This document shows, one piece after another, positions 39,239-47,375 of a DNA stretch of 64,000 nucleotides. The notes below the pieces were generated by a model, which did no database searches, was not told the DNA's origin, and worked only from the letters and a program-made list of their open reading frames with translations. How positions within the stretch are numbered: position 1 is the first letter of the stretch; each line of letters begins with the position of its first letter. Source of the stretch: an uncultured Actinomycetes bacterium (GTDB lineage: Bacteria; Actinomycetota; Thermoleophilia; UBA2241); contig CAVWIH010000024.1 of assembly GCA_963755025.1 (NCBI GenBank), forward strand, positions 15,502-79,501, read 5' to 3'. A program made the translations under genes and the position numbers.

Positions 39239-40186
39239 CTACTTGCCCTGGTTGACCAGCGCCGAGGTCACCGCCAGCGAAGCCTCGTTGTACTTGTTGA
39301 GGATCTGCCCGTAGGTGCCGTCGGTGATGAGCGCCTGCAGCGCCTTCTGCACGGCGTCGCGGAGCTGGGTGTCGGTCTTGGGGACACCGATGCCGATGAT
39401 GCCGTTCGAGAAGGTGGTGGCGATCGTCGGGTCCTGCAGCAGCACGAACGTGTTGCCGTTGTTGAAGGTCTTCACCGTGTAGGCGGCGACCGACTGGTCG
39501 TCCATCTGGGCCTGCGCCTTGCCCGAGGTCACGGCCAGCAGTGCGTCGCTGTCTTGCGGGAACTGCAGGATGGTGAGCTTGGGCTTGCCGGCAGTGGCGA
39601 AGGTCTTCGCGAGCTTCTGCAACTCGCCGACCTGCGCGGTGCCGCTCTGCACGGCGACGGTCTTGCCGGCCAGGTCCTGGATCGAGGTGATGTTGTCGGG
39701 GTTGCCCTTGGGCAGCAGGATGCCGTAGCTGTCGGTGGCGTAGTCGACGAAGTCGAGCTGCTTCTGGCGCGTGGCGTCGTCGAACATCGAGGCCATCACC
39801 ATGTCTTCTTTGCCGGCCAGCAGCGCCGGAATAATGCTGTCGAACACGGTCTGGTCGAAGCTCGCCTTGACGCCGAGCTTGGCGGCGATCGCCTGCGAGA
39901 GGTCGTAGTCGATGCCGGTGGCCTGCTTGCTGCCGACTGCGGTGTACATCTCCCACGGCGGGTAGGGGATGTTGGTGGCCACGCGGATGGTGCCGGCCGA
40001 CCTGATGGCCGCCGGCAGCATGGCGTTCAGCGTCGCGTCGGCGGTGACGCCGCCGCTGGTGGCGCTCGGGCTCGCGCTCGTGCTTGCGCTCGACGAGCTC
40101 GACGGTGAGCTCGACCCGCAGGCGGCCAGAACGGCTAGCACGACGAGCAGTACCGCCGCCAGAACCGCGGCTTTCGCAACCCTCAT
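39239..40186 (-). CDS. Polar amino acid ABC substrate-binding lipoprotein (SBP family 3)
   Basis: Lipobox LAAC; YPPWE, GIDYDL, FDSIIPAL, DFVDY, AVQSGT. Confidence 0.9.
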   Translation of the reverse strand: MRVAKAAVLAAVLLVVLAVLAACGSSSPSSSSSASTSASPSATSGGVTADATLNAMLPAAIRSAGTIRVATNIPYPPWEMYTAVGSKQATGIDYDLSQAIAAKLGVKASFDQTVFDSIIPALLAGKEDMVMASMFDDATRQKQLDFVDYATDSYGILLPKGNPDNITSIQDLAGKTVAVQSGTAQVGELQKLAKTFATAGKPKLTILQFPQDSDALLAVTSGKAQAQMDDQSVAAYTVKTFNNGNTFVLLQDPTIATTFSNGIIGIGVPKTDTQLRDAVQKALQALITDGTYGQILNKYNEASLAVTSALVNQGK

Positions 40187-41589
40187 ACTTCCCCCTTGTG
40201 TAGTGGTGACGAGACGGGCGTCAGCGCCGTCGTGACTTGCGTCAGGAACTCGCAGACCCGTTCAGTATCCTCCATGCTCCAGATTCGAGCCAGAATATCG
40301 TGCGCCGCGGGGCCGGGGAGCTGGCCGGCGGTGAGCCAGGCGAACTTGGCGCTCATCTCGTCGGCGGTCCACGCCGGCTCCGGGTACAGCACGTTCTCGA
40401 CGACCCCGCTCGACACCGTGCGGCCGTCGCGCAGCCTGAGCGTGACCACGGCCGCGTCCTTGCCGCGCGGGTCGTTGGCTTCGGAGAGGTAGTAGAGGCG
40501 GGCGAGCTCGTCGGAGACGCGCACCTCGACGCGCTCGCACAGGGCGCGCACCTTGGCGCTCGCCAGGCGCGGCTCGAGGACCTGCCGGGGGCCGACCTCG
40601 CCGTCGACCAGAAAGACGGCGAGCGGCCAGGCCATGTTGAACTGCGCCTCTTCGGTGGTCGTGGGCAGGCGGGTGCCGAGGCGTACGGCGTCGGGGTAGG
40701 TCTCGACCAGGATGTGCTCGACCGACGCCGGGCCGATGCCCTCGCAGGCGATGAGCCCCTCGAGGGCCAGCAGGGCCGGGTGCGTCCAGGCGCACGAGCA
40801 GAAGCGCTTCCAGGTGATGCCGACCGGCAGCAGGTACGACTCTCCCAGGTCGGCGACGAAGTCGTGAAAGGCGTCGAGCTCGAGGCTCGAGGCGACGCCG
40901 GTAAAGCCGCGGGCCGCGAGGTCGGCGGCCATGAGCCCGGTGAGCGCGCCCACGCCGACGCCGTGCTTGACCATGGCCGGGCGGGCCACGTCGCGCATGA
41001 TGGGCAGGTCGGGGGAGTGGTACTCGGCGATGCCCAGGGCGTTGCTCGTCTGCGCGGCGGAGAGGCGCGCCACATTGGCCGCGATGGCAGCGCAGGCCGG
41101 CGCGCCCCACGCGCCGCAGCCGCGAAAGGCGCGCTCGGCCGAGGCCACGGCGGTGAGCTCGTAGTTGAGGCAGCGGCCGGCGCGAAAGGCAATCTCGTAG
41201 CCGACCACGATGGCGGTGAGCAGGTCTTTGCCGCTGTGGGCGCCGCGGTCGGTGAGGGCCAGCGCGGCCGGCACCACCTGGGCGCCGGGGTGGCCCCAGG
41301 TGTAGATGCCGCAGTCATCGACGTCGAGGGCGTTGGCGGCCACGGCGTTGGCAAAGGCCGCGCCCGGCGCCGACGCTCGCGCGCCGTCGTAGACAAGGCG
41401 CGCCTCGGGCGCCGGCCACCAGGCGCCGGCGAGCTCGGCGGCGATGCGTGTCGAGGCCGTCTGGCGGCCGGCGATCATGGCCGCCAGGGTGTCGGCCAGG
41501 CACATCTTGGCGCGCAGCACGACGTCGGCCGGCAGGTCGTCGAACGTGAGACGTGCGGCGAACTCGACGGCCCTCGTCACGGCCGTCAC
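40183..41589 (-). CDS. MmgE/PrpD family protein
   Basis: AAFANAVAANALDVDD, GHPG, AIVVGYE, KRFCSCAWTH, AQFN; GTGA overlap with MttB. Confidence 0.88.
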   Translation of the reverse strand: MTAVTRAVEFAARLTFDDLPADVVLRAKMCLADTLAAMIAGRQTASTRIAAELAGAWWPAPEARLVYDGARASAPGAAFANAVAANALDVDDCGIYTWGHPGAQVVPAALALTDRGAHSGKDLLTAIVVGYEIAFRAGRCLNYELTAVASAERAFRGCGAWGAPACAAIAANVARLSAAQTSNALGIAEYHSPDLPIMRDVARPAMVKHGVGVGALTGLMAADLAARGFTGVASSLELDAFHDFVADLGESYLLPVGITWKRFCSCAWTHPALLALEGLIACEGIGPASVEHILVETYPDAVRLGTRLPTTTEEAQFNMAWPLAVFLVDGEVGPRQVLEPRLASAKVRALCERVEVRVSDELARLYYLSEANDPRGKDAAVVTLRLRDGRTVSSGVVENVLYPEPAWTADEMSAKFAWLTAGQLPGPAAHDILARIWSMEDTERVCEFLTQVTTALTPVSSPLHKGEV

Positions 41590-42992
41590 CGTCCGCGTAG
41601 CCGGAGCCTGTCGGCGAGCAGGGCCGCGAGCCGCGCCGCGGCAGCTTCGTCGACCAGCACGGGGCGCGGCCGGGCGAGCAGCTCTTTGGCGGCGGCGCTG
41701 GTGCGCTCGCGCAGCGTCTGCGACCCCTCGGAGCGCCAGCGGTCGTGCATGGTGTGGCTGAAGAGGCTCGTCTCCCAGAAATCGCGGTAGTGGCTGCGCG
41801 TGTAGCGCGTCGCCAGGTGATTGCCGCCGGGACCGGCCGCCTTGATCTCGTCGAGGGCCAGCGCCTCGTCGTCGAACGAGGTCTCGCGCAGAAAGGCGCG
41901 GGCGTAGCCCACCAGCTCGTTGCCCAGCAGGATCGACTCGTACGAGCTCTGCAGGCCCGACTCGAGGTAGCCCACGTCGTGCAGCAGCGTGGCTTTGGAG
42001 AGCGCCCCCAGCAGCGCGGTGAGGGCGGCTTCGGCCGACCACTGTTCGTCGAGCGTCTTCGAGTCGGACACGGCGGCATACGAGAAACTGGGCAGGCCGT
42101 AGTGCCGGGCCATGTCGACGCCCGCCTGGTGGCCCAGGAAACTTTCGGGCACGACGTAGGGGTCGATGCCGGTGCGCATGTCCATGACGGCGACGCCGGC
42201 GCCGTAGACGAAGGGCGCGCCGGCCGCGGTGAGCTGGTGCAGCACGAGGCCGCTCAGCACCTCGGCGTTGCCGACCACGAGGCTGGCCGCTACCGAGCGC
42301 GGCGCGGTGGCGCCGGCGTTGGGCGCCGGCGCGTAGACCAGCGGCACGCCGAGCTCGGCGCAGGCGATCACCTTGGTGAGCGCGTCGCCGTCGTGCATGA
42401 GGGGCGGCGAGGGCATGGCGTAGATGATCACGCTGTCGGCGGCGCCACAGGCGGCGGCCATCGCCTTGATGTCGGCGATCACGTCGCCCTGGCGCGGCGC
42501 CACCACGAGGGGCTTGCCGGTGCCGCGCAGCATGGCGGCGACCTGGGCGAGGTCGTCGACGGCCTGGGGGACGTCGGCCGGCAATCCCATCGACATGACG
42601 AAGTCGATATTGGCGAGGCGGTCGCAGAAGGCGGCCATGGTCTCGATGTCGGCGGTCGTCGCGCGGCGCCGCTCGGAGGTCTCGGGGTCGCGCACGTAGA
42701 GGCAGTCGGAGCCCGTGCCGAAGTACGACTCGGCCGCGCTCAGCCGCAGCGCGCGGCCGTCGTGGCGGGCGCGCACCGTGGCCGAGCGCGGCGCCGACTC
42801 GAGCGCGGCGCGCACCAGCTCGCGGCTCAGACGCACCCGGCGGCCGGCGACACTGGCGCCGGCCGCCGCCAGCGTCTCGAGGGCGGGCTCGTAGAACACG
42901 TCGACGCCGACGGTCTCGAGCAGGTCGACGGTCGCGTCGTGGACCCGCCGGCAGTCGCCGTCGTCGAGCAGTGTGAGACTGGCGTGGGCCAT
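41586..42992 (-). CDS. MttB-family methyltransferase, non-pyrrolysine
   Basis: GTGSDC, DFVMSMGLP, LPSFSYAAVSDSK, HDVGYLESGL. Confidence 0.92.
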   Translation of the reverse strand: MAHASLTLLDDGDCRRVHDATVDLLETVGVDVFYEPALETLAAAGASVAGRRVRLSRELVRAALESAPRSATVRARHDGRALRLSAAESYFGTGSDCLYVRDPETSERRRATTADIETMAAFCDRLANIDFVMSMGLPADVPQAVDDLAQVAAMLRGTGKPLVVAPRQGDVIADIKAMAAACGAADSVIIYAMPSPPLMHDGDALTKVIACAELGVPLVYAPAPNAGATAPRSVAASLVVGNAEVLSGLVLHQLTAAGAPFVYGAGVAVMDMRTGIDPYVVPESFLGHQAGVDMARHYGLPSFSYAAVSDSKTLDEQWSAEAALTALLGALSKATLLHDVGYLESGLQSSYESILLGNELVGYARAFLRETSFDDEALALDEIKAAGPGGNHLATRYTRSHYRDFWETSLFSHTMHDRWRSEGSQTLRERTSAAAKELLARPRPVLVDEAAAARLAALLADRLRLRGR

Positions 42993-43043
42993 GCGGGGTT
43001 CCCCGATCGTCTGCGCGGCGGGCGTTCAACCGCGGCGCCGTGG

Positions 43044-43140
43044 GTCACTTGCTTTGTGCTACCGTAAACTGGTCGGCCAGACAACAGGCATTGGCTTAAG
43101 CGGAACGAGGCGGCGGACCCTGCGCGTACAAGCAAGTGAC
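43044..43140. promoter_or_regulatory. Divergent promoter region with a palindrome and a flanking 11-bp inverted repeat
   Basis: GTCACTTGCTT (43044-54) / AAGCAAGTGAC (43130-40); CTGGTCGGCCAG (43069-80). Confidence 0.5.
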
Positions 43141-43167
43141 TCGGGGCGCTCGCGCGAGGAGGCGCGG

Positions 43168-44229
43168 GTGCAGGAGGAGGCGCCGCATGCAGGCGCGACG
43201 GCTCACCTTCGCGACGAGGCGGCCGCGCTCGACGTGCTGTGGCGCGTGTACTGCGCGCCCGACGGGCGCACGGCGGTCTGCCCGGGCTGCGCCGAGGCGC
43301 GGCGCTTTCATCGCGTCTCGCGGCGCCGCGCCTACGCCTGCGACCGCTGCGGCGCGCACATCTACCCGGCCGCGGCCACGCCCTTCCGCCGCTCGGCGCT
43401 GCCCCTTTCGGACTGGCTCACCGCCACGGCGATCGTCGTCGAGTCGGGCGGCAAGGTGACCCCCGCGCGCCTGGCGCGTGCGCTCGGCGTGGAGTACCGC
43501 ACGGGCTGGCGCATGAGGGAACGCCTCACGGGCGCGTTGCGCTCAGACGGCGATGCAGTGGAGCGGCTCGAGGCCTGCGCTCGCGCCTGGCGTAACGCCG
43601 GGGGGTCGCCCGACGAGCCGCTCGTCGACGCCCAGCGGCCCGAGGAGCGCATTCGCGCCGCCGCCTGCCGCGTGCTGGCCGAGCGCGGGTTGAGCTCTAC
43701 CCGTGTGGCCGACATCGCCCGCGAGGCCGGCGTGTCGAGCGCCGCCATCCACTATTACTTCAAGAGCAAAGACGAGGTCCTGCTCTCGGCGCTGCTCTGG
43801 ACCGGCGAGCAGTTGCACGCGGGCTTGCGGCGGCTGACCGAAGAGCCGGCCGACGCACTGACCCGGATGCGCCGCCTGCTCGACATGAGCGTGCCCAGCG
43901 ACCAGCGCCTGCACGACGAGTACCTGCTCTGGCTCGAGGTCTGGGTACGCGTGCGCAGCCACCCCGACTTTCTCGACGAGTGCATGCGCATGTCGCGCCA
44001 GTGGCACGAGGCCGTGACGACCGTCATCGCCCGGGGCGTCGCCGAAGGCGCCTTTCGCCCGATCGTGCCGCTGGCGGAGCTCTGCGACCGCTACGTCGCC
44101 ATGGCGGAGAGCCTCGCCTATCGCGCGGCTCTCGGGTACGAGGGGTTCACCCCCGAACGGTCCCGGCAGATCCTGGCCCGCTTCACGGCCGAGCAGCTGC
44201 AGGTCGCGCCGGGGGCGCTCGACGCGTAG
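43168..44229 (+). CDS. Fusion regulator: IS1595-like Zn-ribbon/HTH plus BetI-type TetR
   Basis: GAGGAGG RBS + GTG; CPGC..CDRC, TPFRRSALPLSDW, LARALGVEYRTGWRM; then RVADIAREAGVSSAAIHYYFKSKDE and LWLEVW. Confidence 0.8.
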   Translation: MQEEAPHAGATAHLRDEAAALDVLWRVYCAPDGRTAVCPGCAEARRFHRVSRRRAYACDRCGAHIYPAAATPFRRSALPLSDWLTATAIVVESGGKVTPARLARALGVEYRTGWRMRERLTGALRSDGDAVERLEACARAWRNAGGSPDEPLVDAQRPEERIRAAACRVLAERGLSSTRVADIAREAGVSSAAIHYYFKSKDEVLLSALLWTGEQLHAGLRRLTEEPADALTRMRRLLDMSVPSDQRLHDEYLLWLEVWVRVRSHPDFLDECMRMSRQWHEAVTTVIARGVAEGAFRPIVPLAELCDRYVAMAESLAYRAALGYEGFTPERSRQILARFTAEQLQVAPGALDA

Positions 44230-44320
44230 AGCGTGAGGCGGGGCTCCGCGCGGAGCAATACGCGGCGCGACGGTCGGCACGCCGCGCCGGCGCCGCGCCG
44301 GCGGTTCGCGACGAAGGCGC

Positions 44321-44920
44321 TCAGCGCGCCGCGGCCGACCCTTGCGCCGGGCGCGCGTCGAGCGGATCGAGCGCGACCCGGCCGTCGTCGGCGACGTGCG
44401 GCGTCCAGGCCGTCCCGTCCCAGTAGCGGTGCGTGTGGCGGCCGGTCGGGTCGGGGTGCCAGGCGGCGGGAACGGCCTGATACTGCGGGCGGGGCGTCTG
44501 CTGCCGGCCTGCCGGCTCGGGCCGCGGCGGCCGGTAGGCGGCGAACCAGGCGGTCGCCGGCCGTCCGAACAGCAAGACGATGGCGACCGCGCGCATCGCC
44601 GTGTCGCAGGCAAACCAGGCCAGCGACACGGTGGTGTGGTGCACGGTGAGCAGGGCCGGCAGGCTGATCAGCGCGCCGAGCACGAACAGGACCGTGTACA
44701 CGATCAGCGCCCAGCGCCTGCCGAACGCCATGGCGGTCACCAGGCCGATGGCCACCGCGAAGCCGATGATGGCGGCGCCGCGCAGGGGCCAGACCAGGGA
44801 GGCGGCGGGGTTCGACAGCGAGGCCAGCCTCACGGAGACGTCCACGATGAGCGCCCAGCCGATCAGGCAGACGGCTACCGTGACCGCCGTCGGCCTCGCC
44901 GGGCGTACTGTGGCGACCAA
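44321..44920 (-). CDS. Membrane protein with DUF2510 domain
   Basis: Several TM helices; PAAWHPDPTGRHTHRYWDGTAWT. Confidence 0.75.
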   Translation of the reverse strand: MVATVRPARPTAVTVAVCLIGWALIVDVSVRLASLSNPAASLVWPLRGAAIIGFAVAIGLVTAMAFGRRWALIVYTVLFVLGALISLPALLTVHHTTVSLAWFACDTAMRAVAIVLLFGRPATAWFAAYRPPRPEPAGRQQTPRPQYQAVPAAWHPDPTGRHTHRYWDGTAWTPHVADDGRVALDPLDARPAQGSAAAR

Positions 44921-45264
44921 GAGATCCCCCTTAGGCGGGCGGGTCGCGACGCGCGCCCGCGTCGGGCGCGCTCGAGACCCGCGTTCGCAGACCATCGCTC
45001 TCTCTTCAAGGTCGACACGCCGCGCCCGGCGCTTGAATTGCAGGCGCGCGCGGCGCGCGAACAGGCGCGGCCGCGCGAGAGGCGCGCGCCGCGCGAGAAA
45101 GCCCGGCCCGCGGCGGGCCGACGCAAGAAGGGCGCCGGGGCGGTGCGCGCCGCGGCGCCCTTCGGGGCGTCGACCCATGCTCTTACGCGGAGCTCACGGG
45201 AGAGTCCTCGGGCGGACCCGCGGTGAGCTCGGGCGCGGCGCCCGCGGGCGCCGCCGCTCAGGCG

Positions 45265-46545
45265 TCAGTCGTCGAAGTTCCCTGCGGCGCCCTTGTCGGT
45301 GTCGAGCGAGGCGGCGCGCTCGGCGATCTTGGCGTCGGTCCACTCGGCGGGGTCTTCGAGGCGGCCCGTCTTGGGCTTGAGGTCGTAGGAGCCCGCGGTG
45401 AGGATGGCCTCGATGGCCAGCGGCGCGGTGTCGCGCGCGTTGAAGACCTCGGTCATCATCTTGAACGTGAAGTCCTCGACCCGCTGCGCCATGCGCTCGC
45501 GGATCTCCCTGGGCTGCGCCAGGAACGGGCTCTCGAAGGGCAGGTTGAGGCTCTTGTAGTCGCCCTTGTGCCAGCCCTTGTCGTCGGCGTAGGCGACCAC
45601 CTTGGCCCACATCTCCTCGGTCACGCCCTCGCCCTTGACCTTGATGAAGTTGCCGTCGGCGTCGAGGATCGCGTTGCCGTAGTCGTTGACCTCGAGGCCC
45701 CAGGAGACCATCTGCAGGGCGGTGGCCACGTTGGCCTTGGTGGTGTGCGTCTGGGCGGCGATCTCGCGCAGGCGCTCGGAGCTGTTGCCCGAGGTGCCGT
45801 GCTGGGCGCCACTCACCTCGTAGGGCGCGAGGACCTCGTGGACCTTGGCGGTGAGCTCCACCTGGATGCCGGCGCTCGATGCCTCGATGCCGTGGGTGGT
45901 GCCGTTGTTCAAGGCGATCCAGTCGGCGAAGACGTCGTGCGCGTTGAGGCCCTGGATGAGGAACAGCGCCTCGTCGGGCGTAGAGAGCCCGGAAGAGCCC
46001 TTGATCTCGCCGACCTCGGTCTCGAGACCGGCCCACGCCGGGATGTGCGGATTGACGGCGAGGTTGGCCAGCAGGTTCTTGTCGTTGGGCTGGTGCGAAG
46101 CGTCGATGGCGATCGACGTGATGCCCGCCTCGAACATGGTGGGCACCTCGACCATGGCCTGCGCGAGGTCGGCGTCGTTCTTGATGCCGTAGTGGTCGGC
46201 GTGCACGGCGACCGGGACGGTGATGCCCATCTCGTTGCACAGCGAGTCGACGATGCGCGCCATGTTCCAGTAGTTCACCGGGCAGTAGGCCTTCTGGCCG
46301 CCCTCGGACTTGGCGATCTCGATGATGAGGGCGGCGTTGGCCTTTTGCGCGGCGCGCAGCGCCCCGCGGATGACGAACGAGTTGCGCCCGTTGGCGGCCA
46401 TCGCGATGGCGTGGCCCTTGGCGCGCATGGCGCGGTCGATGACCTTGCCGCTGACGATCAGCGCCTTGGAGTTCGGGAACAGGGACGCGACGGTGGGCGG
46501 ACGGCCCACCTGGACGGCTTTCTCGAAATCCTTGTCGTACGCCAT
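45265..46545 (-). CDS. fba: Class II fructose-bisphosphate aldolase
   Basis: HADH, IAIDAS, ETEVGEI, NGTTHG, QHGTSG, KANVAT; GAAGGAG RBS. Confidence 0.9.
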   Translation of the reverse strand: MAYDKDFEKAVQVGRPPTVASLFPNSKALIVSGKVIDRAMRAKGHAIAMAANGRNSFVIRGALRAAQKANAALIIEIAKSEGGQKAYCPVNYWNMARIVDSLCNEMGITVPVAVHADHYGIKNDADLAQAMVEVPTMFEAGITSIAIDASHQPNDKNLLANLAVNPHIPAWAGLETEVGEIKGSSGLSTPDEALFLIQGLNAHDVFADWIALNNGTTHGIEASSAGIQVELTAKVHEVLAPYEVSGAQHGTSGNSSERLREIAAQTHTTKANVATALQMVSWGLEVNDYGNAILDADGNFIKVKGEGVTEEMWAKVVAYADDKGWHKGDYKSLNLPFESPFLAQPREIRERMAQRVEDFTFKMMTEVFNARDTAPLAIEAILTAGSYDLKPKTGRLEDPAEWTDAKIAERAASLDTDKGAAGNFDD

Positions 46546-46587
46546 GGACGGTCTCCTTCAGGGGTCATGGATGCGGTATGGCCGCGC

Positions 46588-46601
46588 TGTAAACGATTGC
46601 A
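46588..46601. promoter_or_regulatory. LacI/CcpA-type operator downstream of the fba -10 element
   Basis: Near-palindrome TGTAAACGATTGCA; minus-strand TAGAAT at 46613-46608. Confidence 0.55.
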
Positions 46602-46679
46602 TAAACGATTCTATCCAATCCGGACGGTGGGGGCAGCGGAGCCGTGGCTTCTGTTGAAGCGGCCATGTTCGAGTGAGCG

Positions 46680-47357
46680 CTACCCCGCCAGCCCAATGAT
46701 CCCCTTGCCGATCAGCAAGGCCCCGAAGACGAGGAGCAGCGAACAGGCGACGGCCGCGTCGTGTGCGACCAGCCAGACTTTCCAGTCCTGGAGCCGTTCC
46801 CCCGCTTTACGACCTCTGGCGAGATAGACCGCCACGGGCGCCAGGATGCCGAGGCTGCCGATCACGACGAGGACTACCACGGCCAGGGCCTGGTCGGCCG
46901 CCGACAGCGACCTCTGGGCGACGGCCAGGGCCGCGACAGCGCCCAGCACGAACGTCTTGGGACTCACAGATGACAATATGAAAGACAGGCCCAGGGCTCG
47001 GGGCGGGGTCGTGCGGTCCAGCTCCTTCATCCACCTCGGAGTGGGTGGGTCCTGCCCGCGCTTGGGACGCCGCCGAAACTCGAGGCCCGCCAGTACCAAC
47101 AGGATGAGACCAAGCACGAGCTTGACGAGGCCGACCCAGCTTCGCTCATGCGACGACGACGTGACCCCGAGTGACTCGCTGACGATCAGCACGACCGTCG
47201 ATACCGCCGCCAGGCCCACCATCCAGCCGAGCAGAAACGAGACGCCGTTCGCCCGAGCCCTGGGGGTGATGAGCATGAGGATGACCGCGATGATGGCCAG
47301 CGGGCTGATGGCGATGCCCATCGCCAACGGCAGAATGTCCCCCAGTGCCTGTGCCAC
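46680..47357 (-). CDS. GAP family (DUF2910) membrane protein
   Basis: LPLAMGIAISPLAIIAVILML, P..PRWM, SPKT, WKVWL. Confidence 0.85.
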   Translation of the reverse strand: MAQALGDILPLAMGIAISPLAIIAVILMLITPRARANGVSFLLGWMVGLAAVSTVVLIVSESLGVTSSSHERSWVGLVKLVLGLILLVLAGLEFRRRPKRGQDPPTPRWMKELDRTTPPRALGLSFILSSVSPKTFVLGAVAALAVAQRSLSAADQALAVVVLVVIGSLGILAPVAVYLARGRKAGERLQDWKVWLVAHDAAVACSLLLVFGALLIGKGIIGLAG

Positions 47358-47375
47358 GGTCGCTCTCTCGCCTAG

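Noticed and set aside
2-42992. Pyrrolysine (TAG) or selenocysteine (TGA) readthrough in the MttB and Fe-S genes
   Set aside because: All complete MttB frames are open through the Pyl-equivalent site with ordinary residues, and stops fall at expected C-termini.
43168-43530. Active IS1595 element
   Set aside because: No DDE catalytic domain or bracketing element ends; the region is in frame with TetR and is reported as a fusion instead.
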